64,000 nucleotides of DNA from the human T2T-CHM13v2.0 reference genome, Homo sapiens: NCBI GenBank assembly GCA_009914755.4, contig CP068257.2, positions 40,064,001 to 40,128,000 of the forward strand, given 5' to 3'. Positions 26,897-39,604 of the stretch are shown piece after piece (the first letter of the stretch is position 1; each line of letters starts with the position of its first letter). The notes under the pieces were generated by a model, which saw nothing but the letters and a program-made list of their open reading frames with translations, was not told the origin of the DNA and ran no database searches. The position numbers were made by a program, and so were the translations under genes.

Positions 26897-28255
26897 GTCA
26901 ATTTCCCCTTCCTCCACCTTTCGTTCTATCCAAGCCCTCAGGCGATTGGATGATGCCCACCTACACTGGGGAGGGCCATCTGCTTTACTGGGTCTACCAC
27001 TTCAAATGCTAATCTCTTCTGGAAACATCCACACAGACACCCCCAGAAATTATGCCTAATATGGGTACCCCATGGTCTAGTCAAATTGACACCTAAAATT
27101 AGTCATCACTCAGAGTCTGTGTCTCTTTGCAACATGAAGTCAACCTCCACTCCCCTCATCCTCTCCTCCCAGCCACAGGTCTTGCCCCAAGAAGGACCTC
27201 CCACCCCATCCTTGGTCCTTCCAGGAGATGCAGTGTCTTCCCTACCCCTTCCCCAGAACACCGGTGATTCCGACGCCTCCTTCTTACATGCACCTTCCAT
27301 TCACTCATTCTCTGAACAGCAGATCCAGTGGTTACCACCCTGGGATCAAGTCCAAGTAATGGATATTTAGTAACAGTGAGAGCTTGGGTGAGTCATTTTG
27401 CCTCTGAGAGCCTCCGTACCTCCATCTATAAAATGGGGATGATTTCTTCCCTGTAGGGTCATCATTAAGAGGTTATTACCTCCACTGAAATGAGTGAGTA
27501 GAGCAGAGGCATTTGTCAACTGTTGCAAATTTGGCAGAGCTGGGCTTCTGCAAAGGGCAGCTTCAGATTCTGTGACCCATGGTGGTAACAGGACTAATGC
27601 TTTGGTCTTTGGCAGCCTCCTGGGTGATGCTCAAAAAGGTGTCGGGGACCCATTGGGCAGGTCCCAGGAGAGCTGACTGTTGGCCTTGGGTCATCTGGCC
27701 AGCAGCACCCCTTTTGACACCATGCCTCTCTGCGTGCCCCAGGAGGTCTACTGGCCTTCTCCACTGTGCCACCTAGCATTGGATCTGCCAAGTTGTGTTG
27801 GCTGAAGCAGAACCCAGAGCAGACACCCCAGGAACCTTCCCTGGAGTAAGGCTTCCCCCAGCGTGCCTGGGGGTCTTGGGCACTGCTCTCAATGTCTCCC
27901 AAGTATTAACCCATCTTGTTCTCATATAACCCTGTGGGGTCTGCATTCACTCTGCAAATACTGAGTGCCTGCTCTCTGCAGAGTGCTATCGTACGCCCCA
28001 GAGACACATCAGCACACAAAGCCTGTGAAGACCCCTGTCACTGAGAGCCTCATGTCCTAACTGCATGACTCAGCAAACACAAGACACGCATTGTAGAATG
28101 TGCTGGAAGGAGCTGAGTGTGTCACAACTGAAATGAGGTAGTTGGGGTTGCCTTGCTAAGCAGTGACTTGATGCAAGTTCGATGACGAACCCCGTGGGAT
28201 TCTTATGCCCATTTTGCAGATGACGAAACGGAGGCACAGAGCAATACAATTTACT

Positions 28256-28609
28256 GTATTAGTCCGTTCTCACGCTGCTAATAACAACGTACCCAAGACT
28301 GAGTAATTTATAAAGGAAAGAGGTTTAATTGACTCACAGTTCAGAATGGGTAAGGAGGCCTCAGGGAACTTACAATCATGGTGAAAGGGGAAATAAATGC
28401 ATTCTTCACACGGCAACACCAAGGAGAGGTGCCGAGCAGAAGGGGGAAATTCCCTTACAAAACCGTCAGATCCCATGAGCACTCACTATCCCTGATAACT
28501 GCCCCCATGGTCAAATTACCTCCGGCTGGGTCCCTCCCATGACACATGGGGATTATGGGAATTACAATTTGAGATGAGATTTGAGTGGGAACACAGCCAA
28601 ACTATATCA
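28256..28609 (-). mobile_element. MaLR LTR of THE1/MST type, antisense
   Basis: TGTATTAGTCCGTTCTCACGCTGCTAATAA...GACTGAGTAATTTATAAAGGAAAGAGGTTTAATTGACTCACAGTTCAGAATGGGTAAGGAGGCCTCAGGGAACTTACAATCATGGTGAAAGGGGAA ... TACAATTTGAGATGAGATTTGAGTGGGAACACAGCCAAACTATATCA. Confidence 0.85.
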
Positions 28610-28859
28610 CAGAGTACTTGGTCAAGGTCAGGAGGCTTATATGAGGCAGAGGGCACCCAGGAACACAAGCGTCTGATTTCAAAGCCCATCTCTAAACTAA
28701 AACACAAACTTTTCCCTACAAAGGGCCTGGGAGGAAAAAGTGGCTTTGCAGGTCACATGTGGTCTCTGTCACCTATTCTTTCATTTTTTACAACACTTGA
28801 AATGTGAGAAAACCATTCCTGGCTCTCCAGCAGTGCAAAAACAAGAGCGGTGGCATGGT

Positions 28860-29050
28860 TTCCAACCCCGGCTCTGAACCACCAGGCTCAGCACTTTCCA
28901 AACTAAGTTACCTCTTCTCAAAACCCCGCACAGCACAAGGAAGAAGGCACTTCTATTTTACAGATGAGGAAACAGAAGCTCAGAAAGGTGAAATCACTTG
29001 TCTGTGGTCATGGAGAGCCAGACAGACAAGATCCGGGCACCCTTTTCATT
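28860..29050 (+). mobile_element. MIR core fragment
   Basis: TTCTATTTTACAGATGAGGAAACAGAAGCTCAGAAAGGTGAAATCACTTGTCTGTGGTCATGGAGAGCCAGACAGACAAGATCCGGGCACC. Confidence 0.55.
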
Positions 29051-29118
29051 CTGTGCAACATGTCTTCATTCCCACTTTTGACACATTCTTAAATCCCTGC
29101 TTTAAATGCAGCATTCAT

Positions 29119-29419
29119 GGCCAGACACAGTGGTTCATGCCTGTAATCCCAACACTTTAGGAGGCCAAGGCAGGAGGACGGCTTGAGCCCAGGAGTTTCC
29201 GACCAGCCCACACAACACAGCGAGACCTCAACAAATCTCTACAAAAAATTAAACAATTAGCTGGGTATGGTGGCTTGTCTGTAGTCTCAGCTACTCAGGA
29301 GGCTGAGGTGTGAGGATTACTTGAGCCCAGGAGGTTGAGGCTGCAGTGAGCCAAGATTGATTGTGCCATGGCACTCCAGACTGGGCAACAGAGTGAGATG
29401 CTGTCTCAGAAAAGAAAAA
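29119..29419 (+). mobile_element. Alu SINE, full length
   Basis: GGCCAGACACAGTGGTTCATGCCTGTAATCCCAACACTTTAGGAGGCCAAGGCAGGAGGACGGCTTGAGCCCAGGAGTTTCCGACCAGCC ... GGGCAACAGAGTGAGATGCTGTCTCAGAAAAGAAAAA. Confidence 0.9.
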
Positions 29420-30010
29420 TGCAGCATCCACAATTCCTCAAAGAATTAAACACAGAATTACCGTATGATGTAGCAACTCCACTTCTGGGTTTATACTCAA
29501 AAGAATTGAAAGCAGAGATTCAAAGAGACAATCACACATCCATTTCATAGCAGCACTATTCACAGCAGTCCAAAGGTGGAAGCAGCCAGGTGTCCACTGA
29601 CAAATAAGCAGATACACAAAATATGGTCTGTCCATACAACAGAATATTCGTCAGCCTTAAGGAAGAAAATCTTGACCCATGCTCCGACATGGATGAACCC
29701 TGAGGACATTATGCTGAGTGAAAAAGCCAGACAGAAAAGAACAATAATGTCTGATTCCAGTTATATAAAGTCCCCGGAGTAGTCAAATCCATAGAGACAG
29801 GAAGTAGAAGGGTGGGTGCCAGGGCTTGGGGAGGGGGAATGGGGAGTGAGTGCTTCGTGGAGTGACAGTTTCAGTTTAGGAAAATGAAAAGGTTCTGGAG
29901 GTGGATGATGGTGATGGTTGCAAAACAATGCAAATGTCCTTAATACCGATGAACTGTACACTTAATAATGGTTAAGATGGTAAATCTCATGTTAGATATT
30001 TTATCACAAT
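29420..30010 (+). mobile_element. L1M-type 3' end (ORF2 C-terminal remnant plus 3' UTR), sense
   Basis: Six-frame ORFs 29368-29550 (…PYDVATPLLGLYSKELKAEIQ…) and 29576-29782 (…KIWSVHTTEYSSALRKK…WMNPEDIMLSEKARQK…) match the L1 ORF2 C-terminus (…PFDPAIPLLGIYPK… and …WHIYTMEYYAAIKND…WMKLETIILSKLSQ…). The L1M 3' UTR motif GTCAAATCCATAGAGACAGGAAGTAGAAGGGTGGGTGCCAGGGCTTGGGGAGGGGGAATGGGGAGTGAGTGCTT…GGTGATGGTTGCAAAACAATGCAAATGTCCTTAATACCGATGAACTGTACACTTAATAATGGTTAAGATGGTAAATCTCATGTTA is present. Confidence 0.8.
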
Positions 30011-30729
30011 AGTTTTTTAAAAGCAACATTTATGGGAGGAATAATTCCCCAACCCCTGAACACCTGAGCGAATGTCCATCCGTGTGTCATCAACTTGTCC
30101 AGGGTGACAAGGGCCAGGCAGCAGCCAGGCCTACGAGGGAGGGAGTGGGGGGAGCCAAGGTCCGGGAGACGGAGGCTCACTCCCGCCCCAGATGACAGAC
30201 CCCTCGCATCACACGCCACGCTGACTCCTCCACACCCAGGCGTGAGAGGTGGGGAGGGGAAACACCCTGCCAGCGAGAGACCCGCCTGCCCAACTCCCCC
30301 CACCCCACCATGCCCCCGCCCAGCCTGGCTCTGCAGCTGTAGTCCTAAGCTGGGCCACTCTGCCCGTGGCCCCTTCAGTGCCTTGGCCTCGAGGAAGCCC
30401 CACGTGTTGGGAAGTTGTGGCAGGCAGGGCCTGCAACCTGCAAACCTCCCAGCTTCTCGCAGGACATGGCTGCGGTGGGGACTTTCCCAAAGACCCAGGT
30501 GAATTCAGCTGACAGGGCCAACCTGTTTGTCTTTATGATCCCAGTGTTGTCACAGGCCCAGGACTGCCTGTCCAGGCCCAGGGAGGAGTCGCTTGGCCCC
30601 AGAATAGCCCCTGCAGGAGGTGAGCAATTACCTGGGCAAACAAAGAGAGTGCAGGTGTGCCAGGCGACTCACACACCTGACCTCAAACAGACACCACAGA
30701 GTTCAGGGGGCCACCCACTTATTGGAAAA

Positions 30730-30930
30730 CTACATTATATTCATAGTGATCACTACTATTTATTGAGGTCTTATTATGCGCCATCCACTGTGCCTAAGTA
30801 TTTTGCTTGTAATAATTCATTAATTCTCACAGCCACCCATGAAGAAAGCACTTTCACCCCCACCTTCCAGGTCAGGAAGCTGTTCCGAAAGGTCAAGTCA
30901 CTGGCCTGGTGTCACTCAGTAAATTGAGAT
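30730..30930 (-). mobile_element. MIR SINE, reverse orientation
   Basis: CTATTTATTGAGGTCTTATTATGCGCCATCCACTGTGCCTAAGTATTTTGCTTGTAATAATTCATTAATTCTCACAGCCACCCATGAAGAAAGCACTTTCACCCCCACCTTCCAGGTCAGGAAGCTG...GTCAAGTCACTGGCCTGGTGTCACTCAGTAA matches the reverse-complement MIR. Confidence 0.6.
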
Positions 30931-31274
30931 GTCCACTCCGTGGCCCCCTCTCTGTCCCTAGCACATTGATTAACCTCTGCTTTTCAAGGGTGGATTGGAT
31001 TTTGGAGATTGACAAGTGCTGGCAGAGCCAAGGGAATGAAGTGATCCAGCCAGAGGCTACGCTCTGAGTTCCGCAGCAGGTGCAGCTCTCCAGCAATGAG
31101 CCCAAAGCCCGGCCATGTGGGTCCTAAGCTCACCCTGGAGGCAAAAATCCAATGGAGAGTCTCCAGCCATTCCAGTCGGGTTCTCTGGGGTCTGTCCGTC
31201 TCTGCTGTTGGGCTGAGCGGTGCAGAGGACTCAGGGGTGCCCTCAGGACAATGCAATCCCAAGAAGGCTGTCCC

Positions 31275-31315
31275 CCTCACACACACACAAACACAAACAC
31301 AAACACACAAACACA
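31275..31315. repeat. (CA)n/(CAAA)n imperfect microsatellite
   Basis: CACACACACAAACACAAACACAAACACACAAACACACAG. Confidence 0.7.
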
Positions 31316-34300
31316 CAGCATGTGCAGCATGCCGGGTACACACAGGTCAAAGCCAAGCCGAGGGTGGTGGGGGGAGGGTGGGCTTGCATAGCCTTCAACA
31401 CCCACCTCAAAAGCCACAGAGCATGCAAAGGACCAGACACAAGGAAAACCCCCTCCCGCCAGGCACCTTCCAGAAGGCACAGGTCAGGCAGATGGTGATG
31501 GCAGAGGAATGTATCAGGGGAAGCTGAGGTATAAAGGACCTTCAACAAGTTTGGTGACAAGGGAAGAGGACAAAGTGGGACTGTGCTAGCGAAGCATGTT
31601 GATGAGAGGAGTTTTTAAGGGTGGAAAGTTCTGAGCAGCCATGAGGGTGGAGGAGGAGGTCAGTGACGAAAATGCTGTATGTGAATTGTATCCACAAATG
31701 ATATGTCCCAGTCCTAAACCCGGTGCCTGTGAATGAGACCTTATATGGAAAGAGGGTCTTAGAAACGAATCAAGTTAAGATGCGGTCATGATGGGTTAGG
31801 GTGGGCCCTAAGTCCCATAACACTGGTGTCCCTGTAGGAGGGAAGTTTGGACACAGACCTGAGTAGAGGGAGGATGAAGTGAGGAGGCACACAGAAGCGG
31901 GCGGGCCAAGGCCAACGTGGGGATGTAGTGATGCAGCCACCAGCCACGGAAGCCCAGGACCACGGGCCACTGACAGACATGGGAGAGACGCAAGGAACTG
32001 TCCTTCCCCAGAGCCTTCAGACGGAACACAGCCCCACACACACCTTGATTTCAGATGTCTGGTCTCCAGAACCATGAGAAAAAAAAATCTGTTGTTGAAT
32101 TCACCCAGTTTGTAAAATTTGTGGCACCAGCCATGGGACACTCATGCAGAGGGTGACCTGCTTGGCTCCAATTTCTCAGAGTTGGGCACAAAATCAGCCA
32201 CAACCCTGTGGTTGTGTCTGTTCTGAGCACAGGGATGCAGCCCACCCCTTCCTTTCCGCACTCTTCCCTGGGACAGCAGGGATCTGAGGAATTCCTCTAG
32301 GGGCCTGGCTGCAGGAGGTCCCCGCTCCAAAGCCCAAAGGAGGCAGGTGGGAGTAAGTGAACAGGACGGGAAACGCCGAGCAGGAACCTGCATAGTACGG
32401 GGGAGCCCCCAGGCCTGCCTACCGTCTCAACACCAGCATTTGGATTCCACTAGGAAGGAAAACAAGAAGACTGAAAAAGACAGAGAGGAGCAGGAGAGTG
32501 TGCAAGGGACAGTCTCTGTCTTCCACATTGGCTGTTTGCCAGAGCATGGCCTGTTGGCACCCCTCGCTTGTTCATAGGTGGCTGACAACATAGCCATAAA
32601 TCCACCTGTGCCAGTCCATGAATGGACAAAGGGCGAGAGATGACCCTGCTTCAGCCACAGAGGCCAGTGCTCAGACTCCAGCCAGCTGGAGGCCCCCAGG
32701 CAGGTGAATGGGCTTGGGTTTCTAAGACCAACACAGAAATGCCCAGGTACACTGTGCTGCTTTTCTCTGGAGAAGAGAGAACGTCCCTTTCACCAAGTTA
32801 TTATTTCTTCCTTTTAAAATTTGATTGTTATAACATTGTTTTAAAAGTCAAGTAGTGCTGCAAGGCTTGTGATAATAAACAGTTGTTATCACTGCACCTC
32901 TTCCCACCTCCAGCTCCCTCCCCTGTGAGTCATCGGCCTTCAAGTCTCTCAGCTGTTTCTCTTGACCTTGACCTTCACACTTCCAACATGATTACAGTAC
33001 TATTCCTTTCGGTTTTATCTCACTTACACCACCACCTCCCACACACTCCCACCTATTCCACCTACCCAGCATCTTCACAACTTACACAGTTACACAATTC
33101 GCAACCTTTGGCCAAGTCAATATTTAGTTCTGATATTACTATGACCACCATAAATGTTGTCACAACTAAACCACTTAGGGAACTAGGATGGTCTTTTCTT
33201 TTTAGTACAACTTTTTGATTTTCCTGGGGTTAACAATTGCCTCATTTTTTCATAAACTTAATTTTTTTGTCTACTACTTACCAATTATCCCCCCCCCAAT
33301 TTTCTGATAGACCTATAAAAGTCCTCTCAACAAAGTCAAACATACTAAGTAATCATTCTTTTGTTGTTGCTTTGTTGTTGTTTGTCCTTCCCCTTGGAGA
33401 CATCCCCTCCAGAGCTCTCTGTCCTATTTGTATCTGGGCTGGCTGACCTCTTGGCTTGTGGCACAGCTCCCCCTTGAAAGTTCCCTTCAACTTCAGTGAG
33501 AATTCCTTCGTATTTTTCTGGTGCTAAATCTAATGTGTCCTGTGCCTCACATCTTTCTCTTTTGGGGTTTACTTCCTTGTGCAAGTGACACCCATACCAC
33601 AGGAACTTGCTGAGAAAGAATGCATGTGAGGTTCAATGATTTCATCTTGCATACCTTCAAACATCTTTGTTCTACCCTTACATTTGATTTTTCATTTATT
33701 ATTTGAAAATGTGGCTTGCCTTTTCAGTAAGGAAATTCATGTCCTGCAGGTCGGTATTGTTTTGTTTTGTCTTTTGGCATCTTTCTCCTCTTTCTGCTCG
33801 CTCTGAGTGCCAACTCCAGAGCTGGTCTGGCTCAATTTCTCTATAGTGTGCACTTCCTGAGTTCTCTTCAGTGAGGTGGATGAGTCATCTAGCCAGGTGG
33901 ATAACGAGGAAGTCTCAGGGACTAAGTGTCTCTGACAATACATTCAGCCACTACTTCAGTATGAAGCCAGCCCCTCATCCCCACCTTCAGAGACCCCTGG
34001 TGCCTCAGATTCCTCGGCCATTCTGGAGCTGCTGTGCCCGAGGCTTGTGTAGTTGGAGATCATTTTGGCAGTCAGTGCTGCTTCAGCTTTCACTGTTCTG
34101 CTGTGCCAGCACATCACCAGGGATCACCTTTGGCTGCATGAACCAGAACCCCATTCCAGGGCTCAACCAAACAGCACTTTAATTTTCTTACCCAAGCAAG
34201 CAGTCCTGGCTTGTACAGCCTCCCCAGGATGTCACCAGGACCCCAAGCTCCTTCTATCTTGCTGCTCTGCCATCCTGTGTCACTTTCTTCCTCATGGAGG

Positions 34301-34428
34301 CTTCCTGGTCACAGGACACCCACTCCACCTCCAGTCTCTTGTTCACAATCCAAGGAGATGGAAGGCAAGAAATGATGAGGAACCAGGGTGGCTGCAATGT
34401 CAGCAACAGTATTTCCCAGGATCTCTAG

Positions 34429-34736
<308 letters not shown>

Positions 34737-34900
34737 TGAGAACGTGGAGCCAGTGAAGCTCACACAAGTCACCAACGAGAATGCAAGATGCAATAGCCAC
34801 TTTGGAAAATAGGTGGGCAGTTTCTTATAAAGTTAAACAGATACTTAATGAATGACCCAGCAATCCTAATCCTGGATATTTACCCAAAAAGTAAAAACTA

Positions 34901-35278
<378 letters not shown>

Positions 35279-35279
35279 T

Positions 35280-35743
35280 CATAATCGTTCCAAACTGGAG
35301 ACAACCCAAATATCCATCAGCTGGGACGTGGATAAGCAAACAGTGGGGAACCCTAACAGCAGATATTATTGTTCAGCAACAAAAAGGAACCATCTACTGA
35401 CACAGCGACATGGATGAATCTCAGACGTGTTATGCTGAGTGAAAGATGCCAGACACCAAAAGCCACACGCTGAGATCCCATGGAGAGGACATTCTGGAAA
35501 AGGCAAAACTGTAGAGACAGGGAACAAATTGGTGGTTGCAGGGGCTGAGAGTGGGAGCTGGGAACTGGCTGCCAAGGAGTGTGGGGGTGGTTTGGGGGTG
35601 ATATAGATGTGGTCTATGTTTGGCTATGGTGGTGGTTACACAACTGTGACCACTTCGTCAAACTCATAGAACTTTGTCAAAACTCGTAGAACTGTACACT
35701 AAAACAATGAGTTTTACCGTATGTTGATTATATAACTCTATCT
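35280..35743 (+). mobile_element. L1M-type 3' end, sense, abutting an Alu
   Basis: AACCCAAATATCCATCAGCTGGGACGTGGATAAGCAAACAGTGGGGAACCC..TATTGTTCAGCAACAAAAAGGAACCATCTACTGACACAGCGACATGGATGAATCTCAGACGTGTTATGCTGAGTGAAAGATGCCAGACACCAAAAGCCACA ... GTAGAGACAGGGAACAAATTGGTGGTTGCAGGGGCTGAGAGTGGGAG ... CAAAACTCGTAGAACTGTACACTAAAACAATGAGTTTTACCGTATG is the canonical L1M 3' UTR. Confidence 0.75.
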
Positions 35744-35986
35744 TTTTTTTTTAATAGGGTCTCATTCTATTGCTTGTCACCCAGCTCAAGCAATCCTCCC
35801 ACCCCAGACTTCCTGGTAGCTAGGACCTACAGGCGTGTGCCACTATGCCCAGCTAGTTTTAATTTTTTTGTAGAGATGAGGTCTTGCTATGTTGTCCAGA
35901 CTGGTCTCAAACTCCTGGCCTCAAATGATCCTCTCACCTCAGCCTCCTAAATTGCTGGAATTACAGGCATGAGCCACCTCGCCAGC
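35744..35986 (-). mobile_element. Alu SINE, minus orientation, divergent
   Basis: T10 followed by AATAGGGTCTCATTCTATTGCTTGTCACCCAGCTCAAGCAATCCTCCCACCCCAGACTTCCTGGTAGCTAGGACCTACAGGCGTGTGCCACTATGCCCAGCTAGTTTTAATTTTTTTGTAGAGATGAGGTCTTGCTATGTTGTCCAGACTGGTCTCAAACTCCTGGCCTCAAATGATCCTCTCACCTCAGCCTCCTAAATTGCTGGAATTACAGGCATGAGCCACCTCGCCAGCC. Confidence 0.85.
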
Positions 35987-36020
35987 CTATATCTCAATAA
36001 GCCTGACTTTTAAAAGGTTT

Positions 36021-36270
36021 CAGGCTGGATGCAGTGGCTCACAAGACCAGCCTGCACAACATGGGGAGACCCCATATCCAGAAAATGTTTTTAAACTATT
36101 AGCCGGGCGTGGTGGTATGCACCTGTAGACCCAGCTACTGGAGAGGCTAAGGCAAGAGGATCACATGAGCCCAGGGTTTTCAGGCCACAGTGAGCCATGA
36201 TCATGCAACTACACTCCAGCCTGGATGACAGAGCAAGACCCCATCTCTAAAAAATAAAGGGAAAATAAAA
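36021..36270 (+). mobile_element. Alu SINE with an internal left-monomer deletion
   Basis: CAGGCTGGATGCAGTGGCTCAC joins directly to AAGACCAGCCTGCACAACATGGGGAGACCCCATATCCAGAAAATG ... TTAGCCGGGCGTGGTGGTATGCACCTGTAGACCCAGCTACTGGAGAGGCTAAGGCAAGAGGATCACATGAGCCCAGG ... CTCCAGCCTGGATGACAGAGCAAGACCCCATCTCTAAAAAATAAA. Confidence 0.75.
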
Positions 36271-37879
36271 TTGTAAAAGGTTTCAATCAACAAACTTGTG
36301 GAATACTGAATACCACACCGCTATTTATTGACACCCTGATCATGTGGGTTTAGTCAAGGCCCTGAAAAGTCCTGCAGTTCATTTAACCAAGAGTATTATC
36401 CTTCAAGCTTTTTTCCAAGTGACAACAAAAAGGAACCATCTTGATGTACTGGCAAGCATCAAGCAAGATGATCTGGAATGTCTCCCTCCGCACAAATAGT
36501 CTGTGACTGTAAAGTGGTTTGGGCCAATGGCCTCCCTGAAGGAGGCTCTGGGAAGTGGGAATCAGACCTTGTGTTTAGGTTTCTTTGCGGAGAGCCGCCT
36601 CCTCTCCTCGTTCACGTGCTGACTCAGGTCTTCTCCAGCCCAGGAAACATGGAGGGAGGGAGCAGACCACATGTATGTCCACACCCTTAGAAAACAGTGG
36701 CTCCCACAAAGGGAGAGAGGCTGAGCCCCAGTCCTGTGGATGGTTGCTGCCCAGCCCTGGGAGGCTGGTGGCAGACACGCCCTGGGAGGCTGGTGGCAGC
36801 CAAGGGACCAGACCCTCTCAGCCCGTGGCCCCGCCATCAAGGCTGTCACTGGTGTGTCACTTCCTCATGGGCTAAGCACTGCTCATCCATTTCTAGTTTG
36901 GCCTTCACAAGTGCCCCTTGAGGCAGTGTGGCGTCATGTCCATGTGTCATGACATGTGGCAAAGCCGCTCACCACCGACCAACAGGCCTCCCAGGAGTCA
37001 GGAGTCCAGTACCAGATGGGGCAGAACCATCCTTCCCAAGGTCTGGGCCATCTGTCCTTCGAGTCCGAGCAGCGCAGGGCCCAAACCCTCGAGTCACTTC
37101 CCATTTCCACACCCTTCCAGGTGTTTAGGGAGACAGCTACAACTCAGCCCCCGGGGAAGCACTCACCAGGAACTCCAGCAGGAAAGGAGGGCGGCCAGCC
37201 AGCGTGTGGGTGCCTTCTCCTCCAGCTCCACTAGCAGCAAATCATGCTGGCCTTGTCCCTCCCTCTGCCTCACCCCCAGCCTCCTGCTGCCCGGTCCAGA
37301 TGCTAAAAATAGCCCCAACCTGCATTCAGAATCCAGCACATCATACCTTCCACAGCAGGCATCTGCACCGTTGACAGTGGAGGCCACTGTGACTCCACCA
37401 CCTCCCCAACACAGCCTTCCACCAGCCATGGCAGAGGGAGCTTGCAAAACCAGAGGGTGGGTGCAAGAACTCACGCCCTCTCCAAACGCTTTCCAGAGGT
37501 AGGCCAGGCGGCCAATGGTTGCACCTGAGGCCCAGGAGAGGAACTGACCTCACTGGCTTTGTAAACGCCATGATATTCAAGTTCTCACGTTTCCTATTTC
37601 TGAGCAAGCCAAATCAATGTCAACATACATGAAATACATCTATGAATGTGGTCTACAAAGAGATTCTTTATTTTGCAAGACAAGTCCATAGCAAGCAAAT
37701 CTTTTGAGTCCTGAAAATATATTGTTTTTCAAAATTCCGAGTGACGTGCAACTATTTCATAAACTGGAGCACATGATCGGGTGTACTATTACCCCTTCCT
37801 CTAGGTGGTATTTCAAAGGGTACGTATTTCCCCCACCCTTCATGAATTAACTCCTTGTTTTACTTTCCTAGGGCGGCAG

Positions 37880-38340
37880 TCACAAGATACCACAGACTGG
37901 GTGGCTGAAAACACAGAAATGCGTTCTTTGGCAGTTCTGGAAGCTATCATGGAATCCTGAAATCAAGGTGTGTCCCGGATGTCTCCAGGGAGAACCGTTC
38001 CAGGCCTCTCCCTGCTCCTGGTGTCAGCTGGCACTGCCAGGCTTCCTGGCCTCTCCCTGCTCCTGGTGTCAGCTGGCACTGCCAGGCGTCCCTCGGCTTG
38101 TAAGGGCGTCACTCCCGTTGCAGGCCGTCTTCTCCTTGCCCCTTTACTTCACCTTCCCTCAGTGTGTGTCTATGTCTGTATCCAAATTTCTCCTTTTTGA
38201 AAGGACACCAGTCATGCTGCACTAGGGTCCCTGCTAATGACCTCATTTTAATCAGTTACTCTGTAAAGGTCTTATCTCCAAGCACGGTCACATTCTAGGG
38301 GACTGGGAATCAGGACCCCAACATACCTGTTTTGGGGGGA
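37880..38340 (-). mobile_element. MaLR-type (MLT1-like) LTR, antisense, with an internal 46-bp tandem duplication
   Basis: AAGATACCACAGACTGGGTGGCTGAAAACACAGAAATGCGTTCTTTGGCAGTTCTGGAAGCTATCATGGAATCCTGAAATCAAGGTGT ... GAAAGGACACCAGTCATGCTGCACTAGGGTCCCTGCTAATGACCTCATTTTAATCAGTTACTCTGTAAAGGTCTTATCTCCAAGCACGGTCACATTCTAGGGGACTGGGAATCAGGACCCCAACATACCTGTTTTGGGGGGACACAATTCAACCC. GCCTCTCCCTGCTCCTGGTGTCAGCTGGCACTGCCAGGC[T/G]TCCTG is duplicated in tandem at about 37998-38090 (ORF 37968-38225 shows the peptide twice). Confidence 0.6.
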
Positions 38341-38889
38341 CACAATTCAACCCTAACACTCCCATTTTCTAATAGAAGAGGAGAGGGGAGGGAAGGAGGG
38401 AAGGGGGAAGGGGCCGGAGACCTCGGCAGGAGGGAGGGAGAAGCCAGCCTGCCGCCCTGCGCGCACCGGCTGTGTTTCTGTGCGTTGTGCTTTTGTTCTG
38501 CATGCTGGGCGGGCGGAACAGGGTGCTGGCATCCAGGCTCACCCAGAGGGGAGGGGGACCTGCAGGGGGAGGGGAGCACTCAGGGGATCAGGGGAGGAGA
38601 GTGTGGGCCAGGTGACCTGCCAGGCGAGAGAAAATCGGGGAATCCGCACAGCATTTTCAGACAGCCTGACAGCAGCCGCTCGCTCCCCTCTGAGCCCCAG
38701 CCCCCAGCAAGCGGGCCTCTGGCCCCAGGTCTGGGAGCGGCGTGGAAGTAGACCTTGGCTCTCCCTCCCCGGCAGCACCCCACCTCCCTTTGTCTCTCCA
38801 GCCAGAGGTGGGCCTGTGGGGATGCTAATCTCAGAGCCACCTCTCCATCTAAGGTTGCTAGAAATTCGGCAAACAAAAGATAGATTTAG

Positions 38890-39050
38890 AGAACAAAAAA
38901 ATTTAAAAAAAATAATATGGCCGGTTAAATGTGAGTTTCAATTTCCAATAAATAAATGTTGCCTGGGATATGCTTATATCAAAAACTTACGTGTCACTTA
39001 CCTAGCATTTGCATTTCACTGGGCCTCCTAAATTCTGTGTGGTAACCGAC
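38890..39050. mobile_element. Possible second, shorter copy of the palindromic MITE-like element seen at 51112-51627
   Basis: GGCCGGTTAAATGTGAGTTTCAATTTCCAATAAATAAATGTTGCCTGGGATATGCTTATATCAAAAA...CATTTGCATTTCACTGGGCCTCCTAAATTCTGTGTGG is similar to CCCAGCTAAATGTGAATTTCAGCTAATTATATTT...TATGTCCCATGCAATATTTGAAATATACCTATGCTAAAA...GAAATTCACAGG at 51.1-51.6 kb. Confidence 0.3.
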
Positions 39051-39229
39051 TGCCACCGGACATGCTGTTTACTTCTCTATCCTCACGCAGCCAGTTGCCA
39101 CATTCAACATAACACTGCAAATATTGCCGGTGGATCCTGACTTCCTCGTGGACCCTACTGTGTCGGGAAAAACAAACAAACGAACCCTGGAAGGAAACAC
39201 CATGAGTTGTTAGTAGTGCCTGTCTCTGA

Positions 39230-39604
<375 letters not shown>

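Noticed and set aside
37998-38090. Tandem 46-bp duplication (GCCTCTCCCTGCTCCTGGTGTCAGCTGGCACTGCCAGGC ×2) giving a repeated peptide in ORF 37968-38225
   Set aside because: It lies inside an MLT1-like LTR and is a simple two-copy internal duplication of transposon sequence. I found no evidence of function, so I did not report it separately.
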